Below are positions 17,905-28,108 of a DNA stretch of 61,482 nucleotides, piece after piece. Under the pieces are notes generated by a model that ran no database searches, had not been told where the DNA came from, and was given only the letters and a program-made list of their open reading frames with translations. Origin of the DNA: Candidatus Woesearchaeota archaeon (GTDB taxonomy: Archaea > Nanobdellota > Nanobdellia > SCGC-AAA011-G17 > JAPLZO01). The position numbers and the translations under genes are program-made. Positions within the stretch are counted from its first letter, which is position 1. The number at the start of each line of letters is the position of its first letter. The DNA is taken from NCBI GenBank assembly GCA_043802295.1, contig JAZDLF010000037.1, positions 1 through 61,482 of the forward strand. Reading direction: 5' to 3'.

Positions 17905-20529
17905 ATGTCAAATGAAATTGAACAAAGAAAAGAAAATATACTCAAAGTAATAAAAGAAAATGAGAAATGGATAATATATTCTTTATTATTTTTAATAATA
18001 ATATCTGGTTTTTATATAAGAATAGAAAATTTACCTTTGCTTAAAGATATTACAACAAATAAGTATATACCAATGGAATTAGATTCTTTTGTTTATTTAA
18101 GATATGCTCAATATATACTAGAACAAGGTAAATTATATGACATTGATACAATGAGGTATTATCCTCTAGGTGCAGATATGTCAATGGAAACCACGTTTTT
18201 ATCATATTTTATAGTTTATTTATACAAATTTATTCATTTTTTTATACCCAATGTAACAATAGAATTAATAGATATTATTTATCCGCCAATAGCGTTTGCT
18301 ATATCTACATTATTTTTCTTTTTATTAATTCGAAGATTATTCAATGCAAGATTTGCTTTATTATCATGCGCATTTTTAACAGTTATACCTACATTTTTAT
18401 CAAGAACAATAACTGGATTTTCAGATAAAGAAGCTCTAGGAATTTTATTTATGTTTATTGCTTTTTATTTGTATATTGTTGCATGGCAATCTAAGAAGAT
18501 TATTAATAATATAATTTTTGGATCCTTAGCTGGACTTTTTACAGGATTAATGTCTTTGGCATGGGGTGGTGTAAGTTATGTAACAATGACAATTTCATTT
18601 TTTACCTTAGTTGAATTATTTTTAAATAAATTTGATAAAAAAGATTCTTATATATATACATCTTGGTTTATTTTTACAATATTATTCATGTCATTTTTAA
18701 CAAAAAAATATAGTGGTCTTTTAGGTTTATTGCATACATCTACATATAGCATGTTATTTTTTACTTTTTTATTGGTAATTATAGATTATATTATAATAAA
18801 ATTAGATTCTTTTAAAATCAAAGAAAAAATAGATAAAAAAATTCCATCAGGAATATTTACTTTTTTAATATCTTTACTACTAACAATAATAGTAACTATA
18901 ATTACTTCTGATTTTATGGTGTTATTAAAACAAATTAAATATCTTTTCTTAAAAATGATAGGTTCTATGAATATAGAAACAAGATTTGGCTTAACAGTTC
19001 AAGAATCTATGAGGCCATATGTTTCAACATGGATATCTGATGTAGGCTGGATATTTACATTTTTGTTTATTTTAGGATCAATAATACTATTTTATGATAT
19101 GATCAAACATATAAAACATAAAACTAAATTATTCACTTTTTTATATGGAATAACTATACTTTCATTTATATTTGCAAGATATTCAAGCAATTCTATCTTG
19201 AATGGTGATTCAAATTTATCACTCTTACTTTTTTTAGTAATACCCGGTTTTTTTATTTTAATCCTAATCTATATTTATATTCAAACGTTTTATAAAAATA
19301 AAGAATTGTTTAAAGAAATTTTAAACACTGATAAAAAATACCTTTTTATATTTATTATATTTATTTTAATGAGTGTTGCAGCCTTATCTGCAATTAGAAA
19401 TGTATTTACTTTATCTATAATCATATCATTTTTAGGATCTTATGCTTTAGTTCGTGGCTTAGAAATAGCATCTAATTTAAAAGATAAATTAACAAAATAT
19501 AGTATCATTGTTTTAGTATTAATATTACTATTTGCACCATTTATAAATGGTAGTTTAGTAAATGACACCCAAGATGTTTACATTTCAGCAAAAAATACAG
19601 GTCCAGGTTATAACCAACAATGGCAACTAGGAATGGATTGGGTTAGAAAAAACACTCCTAAAGATGCAGTATTCGCACATTGGTGGGATTATGGTTACTG
19701 GGTTCAAGAAGGTGGTGAAAGGGCAACAGTAACTGATGGAGGCAATTGGATTTCTGTATGGAACTACTATTTAGGAAGATATTTATTAACAGCCCAAAAT
19801 GAAACAGAGGCTTTAGAATTTTTAAAGACACATAATGCATCTTATGTTTTAATAATACCTGATGAAATTGGTAAATATGGGGCTTATTCTAGTATAGGTT
19901 CTGATGAAAATTATGATAGATTATCTCAAGTGGGAACATTTATTATGGAACCAAAAGCCACACAAGAAACAAGAAATGAAACAGTGTATCTATATACAGG
20001 AGATTTTCCATTAGATGAAGATTTGATATATCAAGGAAAATTATTGCCAAGAGGTAAAGCAGTTATAGCTGGTATAATTTTACCAATACAAACTACAAAT
20101 GAATCTTTAACTATTGGTCAACCAGTAGTAGCAATAATTTATCAAAATCAAAGAATAGATTTATCAATACAATGTGTATTCTTTAATGAACAAGAAATTA
20201 ATTTTCCAACTTATGATTTAAAAGGATGCTTTAGAATAATTCCACAATTACAACCCAATGGTCAAGGTAACATTATTGGTGGAGGACTTTATTTATCCGA
20301 AAAAGTAAGAAGAACATTATTTGCACAGCTCTATTTATTAGATAAAAAATGGCCCAATTTTACAGAAGTTTATAATGATAAAGATAAATGGCCTTTAGTT
20401 TTTTATATGGGAAATATAATTGGCCCATTTAAAATATGGAAAGTAACTTACCCACCAGATATAAAACCAAATGAAGACTATTTATTAAAAACATTTCCAA
20501 ATAAGCAAATACAATATGCAGAAGGTTGA
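17905..20529 (+). CDS. aglB: Archaeal oligosaccharyltransferase AglB (STT3 family)
   Basis: 874 aa with about 13 TM segments plus a C-terminal globular domain. Catalytic WWDYGYW at 19681-19701, and an acidic first-loop motif PMELDSFVYLRYA. Confidence 0.9.
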   Translation: MSNEIEQRKENILKVIKENEKWIIYSLLFLIIISGFYIRIENLPLLKDITTNKYIPMELDSFVYLRYAQYILEQGKLYDIDTMRYYPLGADMSMETTFLSYFIVYLYKFIHFFIPNVTIELIDIIYPPIAFAISTLFFFLLIRRLFNARFALLSCAFLTVIPTFLSRTITGFSDKEALGILFMFIAFYLYIVAWQSKKIINNIIFGSLAGLFTGLMSLAWGGVSYVTMTISFFTLVELFLNKFDKKDSYIYTSWFIFTILFMSFLTKKYSGLLGLLHTSTYSMLFFTFLLVIIDYIIIKLDSFKIKEKIDKKIPSGIFTFLISLLLTIIVTIITSDFMVLLKQIKYLFLKMIGSMNIETRFGLTVQESMRPYVSTWISDVGWIFTFLFILGSIILFYDMIKHIKHKTKLFTFLYGITILSFIFARYSSNSILNGDSNLSLLLFLVIPGFFILILIYIYIQTFYKNKELFKEILNTDKKYLFIFIIFILMSVAALSAIRNVFTLSIIISFLGSYALVRGLEIASNLKDKLTKYSIIVLVLILLFAPFINGSLVNDTQDVYISAKNTGPGYNQQWQLGMDWVRKNTPKDAVFAHWWDYGYWVQEGGERATVTDGGNWISVWNYYLGRYLLTAQNETEALEFLKTHNASYVLIIPDEIGKYGAYSSIGSDENYDRLSQVGTFIMEPKATQETRNETVYLYTGDFPLDEDLIYQGKLLPRGKAVIAGIILPIQTTNESLTIGQPVVAIIYQNQRIDLSIQCVFFNEQEINFPTYDLKGCFRIIPQLQPNGQGNIIGGGLYLSEKVRRTLFAQLYLLDKKWPNFTEVYNDKDKWPLVFYMGNIIGPFKIWKVTYPPDIKPNEDYLLKTFPNKQIQYAEG

Positions 20530-20531
20530 AA

Positions 20532-21518
20532 ATGTATGAAATAATAATATCTTCATTAATCAGTTTTTTTGTAACATTAATAGCAATACCTAAACTAATA
20601 AAATATCTTAAAAAAATTAATCTAGAAGTTAAAGATCAAAATAAACAAAATAAACCTTTAGTACCATCATCAGGTGGAATAGCTGTAATGGCTGGAATAT
20701 TTATGGCAATAATGTTCTTTGTTGCAGTCTCTTTTTATAATTATAAAGATAATATAATACATGTCTTAGGTGGGATTTTAACAATAGTAATGATAACTTT
20801 TATAGGATTTGTAGATGATTTAATAATAAAAAAGAATAAAGAATCATCTTATGGTTTAAAACAATGGCAAAAACCATTACTTACATTAGTAGCTGCAATT
20901 CCATTAATAACTGTTTATTCAGGAGGTACAATAGTAAAAATTCCTATTATAGGTAGTTTTATAGGTAGAACAGATTTTGGGATAATCTATATTTTAGCAT
21001 TAATACCCATAGGAATTGTTGGAGCAGCTAACATGATCAATTTATTAGCAGGTTTTAATGGATTAGAAGCAGGAATGGGAATTATTTATACTGGAGTGTT
21101 GTCTTTATATGCTTATATAAATAATAGACCAATAGGATTATTATTTTCTTTAATAACATTCTCTGCATTAATCGCTTTTTATATTTATAATAAATATCCA
21201 GCCAAAATACTCCCAGGAGATTCTTTGACTTATTTACTAGGAGCATCACTTGCATGTATCGCTATTTTAGGTGATATGGAAAAACCAGCATTAATATGTT
21301 CAATACCATTTTTTATTGAGTTTATTTTAAAAGCACGTAGTAAATTTAAGGCTCAAAGTTATGGTTACTATAAAGATAATAAGATACATTCACAATATAA
21401 AAAAATATATTCTGTTACACATATATTAACAAGAACAGGTAAATTTACAGAAAAACAAATAACATATATTCTAATATTTTTTGAATTAATGATATCAGCC
21501 TTAGTTTTTATAATATAA
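20532..21518 (+). CDS. UDP-GlcNAc:polyprenyl-phosphate GlcNAc-1-phosphate transferase (MraY/WecA/GPT family, AglH-like)
   Basis: Polytopic protein with GFVDDL, NMINLLAGFNGLEAG and ILPGDSLTYLLG blocks. The track start at 20526 is TTG overlapping the aglB stop; ATG is at 20532. Confidence 0.8.
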   Translation: MYEIIISSLISFFVTLIAIPKLIKYLKKINLEVKDQNKQNKPLVPSSGGIAVMAGIFMAIMFFVAVSFYNYKDNIIHVLGGILTIVMITFIGFVDDLIIKKNKESSYGLKQWQKPLLTLVAAIPLITVYSGGTIVKIPIIGSFIGRTDFGIIYILALIPIGIVGAANMINLLAGFNGLEAGMGIIYTGVLSLYAYINNRPIGLLFSLITFSALIAFYIYNKYPAKILPGDSLTYLLGASLACIAILGDMEKPALICSIPFFIEFILKARSKFKAQSYGYYKDNKIHSQYKKIYSVTHILTRTGKFTEKQITYILIFFELMISALVFII

Positions 21519-21520
21519 AA

Positions 21521-22213
21521 ATGAAAAAAGATTTTACATTGATAATACCTGCATATAATGAAGAAAATAGAATTGAACAGACATTAAATTCTATACATAA
21601 CTCTTTTAATGATTCAATTGATGTTATTATTGTTTCTAATGGTAGTATTGATAATACTATTAATATATTAAAAAAATACAAATTAAAATATAAAAATTTT
21701 GATTATTTAGACTTCAAAGAAAAATTAGGTAAAGGTGGTGCAATTTTAGAAGGTTTAAAAAAAACAAGAACAAAATATATTGGATTTATAGATGCAGATG
21801 ATGCTTTTGATTTAATTTATATAAAAGAAATAATAAAAGATTTAAAAAATAATGATGTTATAATTGCATCAAAGTGGAAACATCAATCTTTCTTTGAAGT
21901 TAATGAACCATTTTTAAGAAAAATTATGAGTAGAGGCTGGAATATATTAGTAAAAATACTACTTAAACTTAATTTTAGAGATACTCAAGCAGGCGCAAAA
22001 TTTTTTAAAAAATCAGCCTTTGATAAGATAAATACACCCTTCATAAGCAAAAAATTTGCATTCGATGCAGAGCTTTTATATAAATTTAAAAAAAATAGAT
22101 TTTTTATAAAAGAAGTATATACTCCTTCTGTATATAAAGCTGAGACAACATTTAGATTTAAGGATATATTTTCTATGTTTACAGATTTAATAAAAATATG
22201 GTGGTCAAAATAA
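21521..22213 (+). CDS. GT2 glycosyltransferase, dolichyl-phosphate beta-glucosyl/mannosyl-transferase-like
   Basis: TLIIPAYNEENRI, GKGGAILEGL, IGFIDADDAF and RDTQAGAKFF blocks (Alg5/DPM-like). Confidence 0.75.
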   Translation: MKKDFTLIIPAYNEENRIEQTLNSIHNSFNDSIDVIIVSNGSIDNTINILKKYKLKYKNFDYLDFKEKLGKGGAILEGLKKTRTKYIGFIDADDAFDLIYIKEIIKDLKNNDVIIASKWKHQSFFEVNEPFLRKIMSRGWNILVKILLKLNFRDTQAGAKFFKKSAFDKINTPFISKKFAFDAELLYKFKKNRFFIKEVYTPSVYKAETTFRFKDIFSMFTDLIKIWWSK

Positions 22214-22989
22214 AAAAATTTATTTGTCTAACATTTGATATTGAAGAATTTGATTTAGTTAATAATAAAAATGATCAATTTAATTTAAGTTATATTGGTA
22301 CATTAAATATATTAAGGCTATTAAATAAAAATAATATAAGATCAACATTTTTCATTACATCTACTTTTGCTGAGAAATATCCAAGTTTAATAAAAGAAAT
22401 TTCAAAAAAACATGAAATTGCTAATCATGGTTATTCACATGAACATAACTACAAAAAAATGGATAGTCAACAGGCTTTAGACTTTATAAAAAAATCTAAA
22501 TTTATAATCGAAAAAATAATAGGTAAAAAAATATATGGATTTAGAGCACCAGGATTATTTGCTCCAAAATATAAAGTTATAAAAGAATCAGGTCATGAAT
22601 ATGATAGTTCATTACATCCAACATTTGGATTTTTTCATTACAATAATTTTTTTAAAAAAAGAAAAATTTATGTAGAGGAAGGCATTAAAATAATTCCAGT
22701 ATCAGTCACACCATTAATAAGAGCTCCTTTGTTTTGGTTTGCTTTTAAAAATTTTGGTTTAACTTATATTAAAACATGTACAAAATTTTGTTTTATAGAT
22801 CAAAATTATGTAAATATGTATTTTCATTCATGGGAATTTAGTGATTTAAAAAAACAAAAAATTAACTATTTTTATAAAAGAAATAGTGGATTAATATTAG
22901 AAAAAAAATTAAATAAATATATAACATGGTGTTTATCAAATAATTATGAATTTATAACTATTAAAAATTATATAAATAAAATAAAATGA
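22198..22989 (+). CDS. Polysaccharide deacetylase (CE4-like)
   Basis: LTFDIEEFD, TFFITSTFAEKYP and IANHGYSHE blocks. Overlaps its neighbours by 16 nt and 4 nt. Confidence 0.7.
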   Translation: MVVKIKKFICLTFDIEEFDLVNNKNDQFNLSYIGTLNILRLLNKNNIRSTFFITSTFAEKYPSLIKEISKKHEIANHGYSHEHNYKKMDSQQALDFIKKSKFIIEKIIGKKIYGFRAPGLFAPKYKVIKESGHEYDSSLHPTFGFFHYNNFFKKRKIYVEEGIKIIPVSVTPLIRAPLFWFAFKNFGLTYIKTCTKFCFIDQNYVNMYFHSWEFSDLKKQKINYFYKRNSGLILEKKLNKYITWCLSNNYEFITIKNYINKIK

Positions 22990-24707
22990 ATAAAATAAAA
23001 GACAATAATATTTATTTATTAGTACCCTTAATAATATTTGGATTTATAATAGGTACAATTTTTGCATTACATATAAAAATAATGCCTGATGAATCAATTT
23101 ATGCTGGTAGAGCTATTAATTTTTTTAAGTCTAATCAATTATCAACAATTGATCAACAACCATTATTTTTTTATTTAACAGATGTATTCTATAATTTATT
23201 TGGAGTTAATCTATTTGGAGCAAGATTTTTAGCATTATTTTTTGGTTATATATTATCAATACCTTTAATATTTTTAATTACTAGAAAATTATATGATAGC
23301 AAGATAGCTATATTATCATCATTTATATTTACATTTTCACCTTTATATTTAAAAGTAATAACTGGTGTTGCAGATGAGGGTATGGTTTTCTTTTCTTTAT
23401 TAAGTATATATTTTTTTATTAAAACAATAAAAGATAATAATAAATTTATAATTTTAAGCTTATTATTTTTAGGCATAGCTATATTATTAAAACCAATTGC
23501 ATTACTTTTTTTATTATCTTATTTTATGTATCTAATATATTTATCCTATAAAGATAAAGAAACCAAATTTTTTAGTAAAAATAAATTTAAAAATTATATT
23601 ATTGCTATATTAATTTTATTAATAACATTATTACCAATATTTACTTATAATTACTTATTTTATAAAGATAAACAAAAAACGGATATTTTAGTTAATAGAT
23701 TTTTAGAATTAAATATTCAAGATTATGCCGAACTTGGTGGTGCTAGTGAAGGAATACATTTATTAGATTTACCTCAAGGTCTAACATCAATTTTATTAAG
23801 ATTAATAAAGTGGGATCCATTATTATTTTTATTTTTTATAGGAGGTTTATCTTTATTGATATACAAAAAAGATAAATGGGCTAAATTTTTGATTTTATGT
23901 TTAATGCCATTATTATTATTTTTTATGACTACAGAAACTTCAACGGTTCATTTGACAATTTTAGTACCATTAATGGCAATTTTTGCTTCTCATTTTTTAT
24001 TAACTTTATCAAATTATTTAAATAAATTAACAAATAAACAAACTTTAAAGTTTTTTTTGATATTGTTTATAATAGTAAACATACTTCTAAGTCTAAGTGT
24101 AATATTTTCTACCTCAAATTTTAGTGCACTAAAATCATATGTAAAATCTGAAATCCCAGAAAATTCATTAGTAGTTGTGGACTCAAGAATTTACAGAGGA
24201 TTTATTGCATTTGCATTTAATGATAGACATTATTTAGAAGCAAATTTGTTTTCTGAAGCTACAGATAAAATAAAAGATTTGCCTAATAAACAAAATATCC
24301 CTGTTTATTTTGTAGAATGTTTATCAGATGATTGTGGATGGGCTACTGTTAAAGATAATCCACAATTTAATCAATCTATGGAAAGCCTAGTACAATTTTT
24401 TAACAAAAACTCATATAATAAAATAACTTTTAATCAAGAACCAGAACCATATTATAGAGTATATATATCTGGTTTTGAACTTAGCCCAACTATTCTACAA
24501 CTAGCAGATTCAACTCATTATTTTTATTTTAATCCAGTAGCATGGAAAAATCCAAATCAATTTGATATATATCAAATTAAAACAACATTTGATTCATTTT
24601 TACAAAAATTTTCATTTTTTGTTTTATATTTAACAATATTTATATCATTATTATCACCAATATTAATTATATACATTATATACAAAGAAAATAAAAATGG
24701 ATCTTAG
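22986..24707 (+). CDS. GT-C glycosyltransferase, ArnT/PMT_2-like
   Basis: 573 aa polytopic protein. First-loop motif MPDESIYAGRA (DExxY), many TM segments, and a soluble domain before the final TM. Confidence 0.65.
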   Translation: MNKIKDNNIYLLVPLIIFGFIIGTIFALHIKIMPDESIYAGRAINFFKSNQLSTIDQQPLFFYLTDVFYNLFGVNLFGARFLALFFGYILSIPLIFLITRKLYDSKIAILSSFIFTFSPLYLKVITGVADEGMVFFSLLSIYFFIKTIKDNNKFIILSLLFLGIAILLKPIALLFLLSYFMYLIYLSYKDKETKFFSKNKFKNYIIAILILLITLLPIFTYNYLFYKDKQKTDILVNRFLELNIQDYAELGGASEGIHLLDLPQGLTSILLRLIKWDPLLFLFFIGGLSLLIYKKDKWAKFLILCLMPLLLFFMTTETSTVHLTILVPLMAIFASHFLLTLSNYLNKLTNKQTLKFFLILFIIVNILLSLSVIFSTSNFSALKSYVKSEIPENSLVVVDSRIYRGFIAFAFNDRHYLEANLFSEATDKIKDLPNKQNIPVYFVECLSDDCGWATVKDNPQFNQSMESLVQFFNKNSYNKITFNQEPEPYYRVYISGFELSPTILQLADSTHYFYFNPVAWKNPNQFDIYQIKTTFDSFLQKFSFFVLYLTIFISLLSPILIIYIIYKENKNGS

Positions 24708-25956
24708 TATAATATTACCAACATATAATGAAGAAAGCAATATAAAAGACTTAATAATACAGGTTAAAACTATTCTAAAAAATATTAAAATGTCATATGA
24801 GATTATTGTTATAGATGCTAATTCTAAAGATAATACACAAAAAAATGCAAGAGAATTAGGAGCAAAAGTAATAATTCAAAAAAATCCAGGCTATGGAAGT
24901 GCTTTAAAAGAAGGATTTGAGATCGCTCAAGGGGATTATATACTAACAATGGATTCAGATCTTTCTCATGACCCAAAATGGATAACTACATTATGGAAAA
25001 ATAGGGAATCAGCTGATATATTAATAGCTTCTAGATTTGTAAGAGGTGGAAAAACAGACACATCATTATTTAGAAAAATACTAAGTTTAATTTTAAATAA
25101 TACATTTGCTATAGCTCTCTCAACACCATTTAAAGATTTGTCTATAGGATATAGATTATATAAAAAAAATGTTATACAAGAAATAAAAATAATAGGTCAT
25201 GATTTCAATGTTTTACAAGAAATATTAATAAGATCTTATTCAAGTGGATTTATAATAAAAGAAATACCAGTTCATGTTAAAAAACGTAAAGAAGGAAAAT
25301 CAAAATTACAATTATTTAAATTTGGAATATCATATCTAAAATCTTTATTTAGATTATGGAAACTAAGAACTTCAATCGAATCAGCAGATTATGATTCAAG
25401 AGCATATTATAGTAAAATTCCTTTACAAAGATATTGGCATAGAAAAAGGTACAAAATTATTATGAAATTTCTAAATCATGAAAAAAACATTCTAGATATT
25501 GGCTGTGGAACAAGTAAAATAATTCAAAATTTGCCAACAGCAACAGCTTTAGATTTAAGATTTAACAGATTAAGATTTTTAAAAAAAACAAATAGATATC
25601 TAATTAATGGAGATGTCAATAATCTTCCGTTTAAAGATAAGTCATATAAAGTGATTATATTCTCAAATGTACTAGAACATTTAGAAAATGATCAAAAAGC
25701 CTTAAAAGAAATAAATAGAGTTTTAAAGAATAATTCTATTCTGATATTAAATACACCTGATTATGGTACTTTAATGTGGAGAATAATAGAATTTTTCTAT
25801 ACTAAGATTATTAGCCAAGGTGGGCATTGTCATGAACATAAAAATAAATATACTTATAAAAAATTAAGAGATAGACTATTAAAAGATGGATTTAAGATTA
25901 TAGATCACAAATACATTTTTGGTTCTGAATTAGCCGTTAAATGTATAAAAATTTAA
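24697..25956 (+). CDS. Bifunctional GT2 glycosyltransferase / class I SAM methyltransferase fusion
   Basis: The N-terminal half carries LSIILPTYNEE, IDANSKDNT and TMDSDLSHDP (GT2). The C-terminal half carries ILDIGCGTSK, NNLPFKD and FSNVLEHL (methyltransferase motifs I-III). Confidence 0.8.
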   Translation: MDLSIILPTYNEESNIKDLIIQVKTILKNIKMSYEIIVIDANSKDNTQKNARELGAKVIIQKNPGYGSALKEGFEIAQGDYILTMDSDLSHDPKWITTLWKNRESADILIASRFVRGGKTDTSLFRKILSLILNNTFAIALSTPFKDLSIGYRLYKKNVIQEIKIIGHDFNVLQEILIRSYSSGFIIKEIPVHVKKRKEGKSKLQLFKFGISYLKSLFRLWKLRTSIESADYDSRAYYSKIPLQRYWHRKRYKIIMKFLNHEKNILDIGCGTSKIIQNLPTATALDLRFNRLRFLKKTNRYLINGDVNNLPFKDKSYKVIIFSNVLEHLENDQKALKEINRVLKNNSILILNTPDYGTLMWRIIEFFYTKIISQGGHCHEHKNKYTYKKLRDRLLKDGFKIIDHKYIFGSELAVKCIKI

Positions 25957-26819
25957 AGAATATATCTCAATCCTTTATCTAGGTTTATTGGACTAAAATT
26001 TAAATCTCTTTTTATAAAATTAATATCACAAATCTTATCCTTATTTAACAATTTTATAGATTCATAATTAACTGAGCCTCTAAAAATAAATCCATATAAC
26101 TTTAGAGGTAGAAACAATAACCATAAAGGGAAATGTATTTTAATAATTTTTTTTGAATATAGACTTGCAATTTTGTCTATAAAATCATTCATACTAATTT
26201 TTTCTTCTCCAGCAACATAATACAATTTATTTTTAATTTTACTATTAATTAATTTGATTATAATATCACAAACATCATCAACATAAACAGGTTGCAACCT
26301 AGATTTACCATCTCCTATAATAGGTATGAAAGAAAATTTTTTAATTAAATTGGTTAACATCGTAATATCTTGTGAATTTTTTCCATAAATCAATGAAGGT
26401 CTTAATATCACATAATTAATACCTGAATTTATAATTATATCTTCACCTAATTTCTTAGATTTACCATAAACATTAGTATCATTTAATCCAGCATCTAAAG
26501 AACTGATATAAATTATCTTTTTAATTTTATTTTTTATACATGCGTCAACTAAATTTTTTGTACCTTCAACATTTATATTTATAAATTCCTTAGAATTAGA
26601 TGATTTTATTATTGCAGCTAAATGTATAACTATATTTACATTTTGTGTTGCTTTATCTAAACTATCTTTATTAAGAAGATCACCTTCTATAACATTTAAT
26701 TTAGTATTACCTATTTTTCTTTTGCCTCTAACTAAACATCTAACTTTTATATTTTTATCAATTATACTTTTTAACAAATTTTGTCCAACAAAACCTGTAG
26801 ATCCAGTTATAAGTATCAT
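25953..26819 (-). CDS. NAD-dependent epimerase/dehydratase (extended SDR)
   Basis: ILITGSTGFVG Rossmann motif and catalytic YGKSK (YxxxK). Confidence 0.8.
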   Translation of the reverse strand: MILITGSTGFVGQNLLKSIIDKNIKVRCLVRGKRKIGNTKLNVIEGDLLNKDSLDKATQNVNIVIHLAAIIKSSNSKEFININVEGTKNLVDACIKNKIKKIIYISSLDAGLNDTNVYGKSKKLGEDIIINSGINYVILRPSLIYGKNSQDITMLTNLIKKFSFIPIIGDGKSRLQPVYVDDVCDIIIKLINSKIKNKLYYVAGEEKISMNDFIDKIASLYSKKIIKIHFPLWLLFLPLKLYGFIFRGSVNYESIKLLNKDKICDINFIKRDLNFSPINLDKGLRYIL

Positions 26820-28108
26820 TTTAATTTCCTCACTAAATGTTTTAAAATAAACTTTGGTCTTATATAATAATGGACTATTGCATATTCTTGAAATTTGCGC
26901 AATTCATCTGCTGAAAGATTTTTATGTTTAAAAACAGGATGAAAATTATCAAATTTTTCCCAATCTTTTTCATATATTCTATTCTTTATTTGATCATAGT
27001 ATTCAGTTCCAGGAATAGGTGTACAAATTGTAAAATTAGCAAAATTAGTATTTAATTTTTGAGCATATTTTATAGTGTTTATAATAGATTCTCTCGTATC
27101 ATTCTCCAATCCAATTATATAAAACGCAATTACTCTAATACCTATTTTATCACAAAATTTTATTATTTTTTCTTGATGTTCTATTTCAATAGGTTTTCTT
27201 TTTTGATTTTCTAAAATATTTGGATTTGAAGATTCTATACCAACTTTAATTGCTCTTAATCCAGACTTATACAATAAATTTAATAAATCAATATCAAGAT
27301 TATCCAATCGTGTCTCACAACCCCATTCAATTTCTATTTTTCTTTTTATTATTTCATTAGCAATATCAGCTGCTCTTTTCTTATTAAGTGAAAAACATGG
27401 ATCCCTAAACATAATTCCCTTTATTTTAAATTCTTTTATAAGATATTCAATTTCATCAACAACATTTTTGGCATTTCTTTCTCTATATAATCCAAAAACT
27501 TTATAGGGACAATAATTACAAGTGTATATACAACCTCTACTACTTTGAATAAATGTAAATGGTTTTTTATTAATTATAGGATTATATGAAAATTTTTCAA
27601 TTGGAAAAACACTCCAATCTGGGAATGGTAAAATATCTAAATTCATTATGGGTTTACTTTTAATAATACCTCTAGGAATTTTATTACCTTTTATTTTAAG
27701 TGCAACTTCTTCAGGTTCACCTTGAATAATAAAATCAACATAATTTTTAAAAAGATTAGGTTTTACAGAAGCAAAAGGCCCTATTAACCCTATTTTAGAA
27801 TTAGTTTGTTCTCTAATTCTTTTAATAAACTCTAATTCAAGATTATATCTAACTAAAGAACATTGAATAATTATTAAATCAGAATTTTTTGGTATCTCAT
27901 TTGTTAAAATATTAACAATATGCCCATTTTTTTTAAAAATACTTGCTAAGTATCCATAAGACATTAATGGAAAATATTCTCCACTAGCTCTTTTTTTTTC
28001 TAATAATTTTGCTAAAAAAGAGTTACCTATTTGAAATGTGGTACCAAAACCACCATTATAATCTTTATTATCCCCTTCCTTCTGTATATTGAGTAAGGTT
28101 ATCTTCAT
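26816..28108 (-). CDS. Radical SAM enzyme with B12-binding-like N-terminal domain (divergent)
   Basis: SSRGCIYTCNYC (CxxxCxxC) and a VGIESSNPNIL block. N-terminal Rossmann-like segment (DLIIIQCSL...IGLIGPFASVKP). 4-nt overlaps on both sides. Confidence 0.7.
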   Translation of the reverse strand: MKITLLNIQKEGDNKDYNGGFGTTFQIGNSFLAKLLEKKRASGEYFPLMSYGYLASIFKKNGHIVNILTNEIPKNSDLIIIQCSLVRYNLELEFIKRIREQTNSKIGLIGPFASVKPNLFKNYVDFIIQGEPEEVALKIKGNKIPRGIIKSKPIMNLDILPFPDWSVFPIEKFSYNPIINKKPFTFIQSSRGCIYTCNYCPYKVFGLYRERNAKNVVDEIEYLIKEFKIKGIMFRDPCFSLNKKRAADIANEIIKRKIEIEWGCETRLDNLDIDLLNLLYKSGLRAIKVGIESSNPNILENQKRKPIEIEHQEKIIKFCDKIGIRVIAFYIIGLENDTRESIINTIKYAQKLNTNFANFTICTPIPGTEYYDQIKNRIYEKDWEKFDNFHPVFKHKNLSADELRKFQEYAIVHYYIRPKFILKHLVRKLK

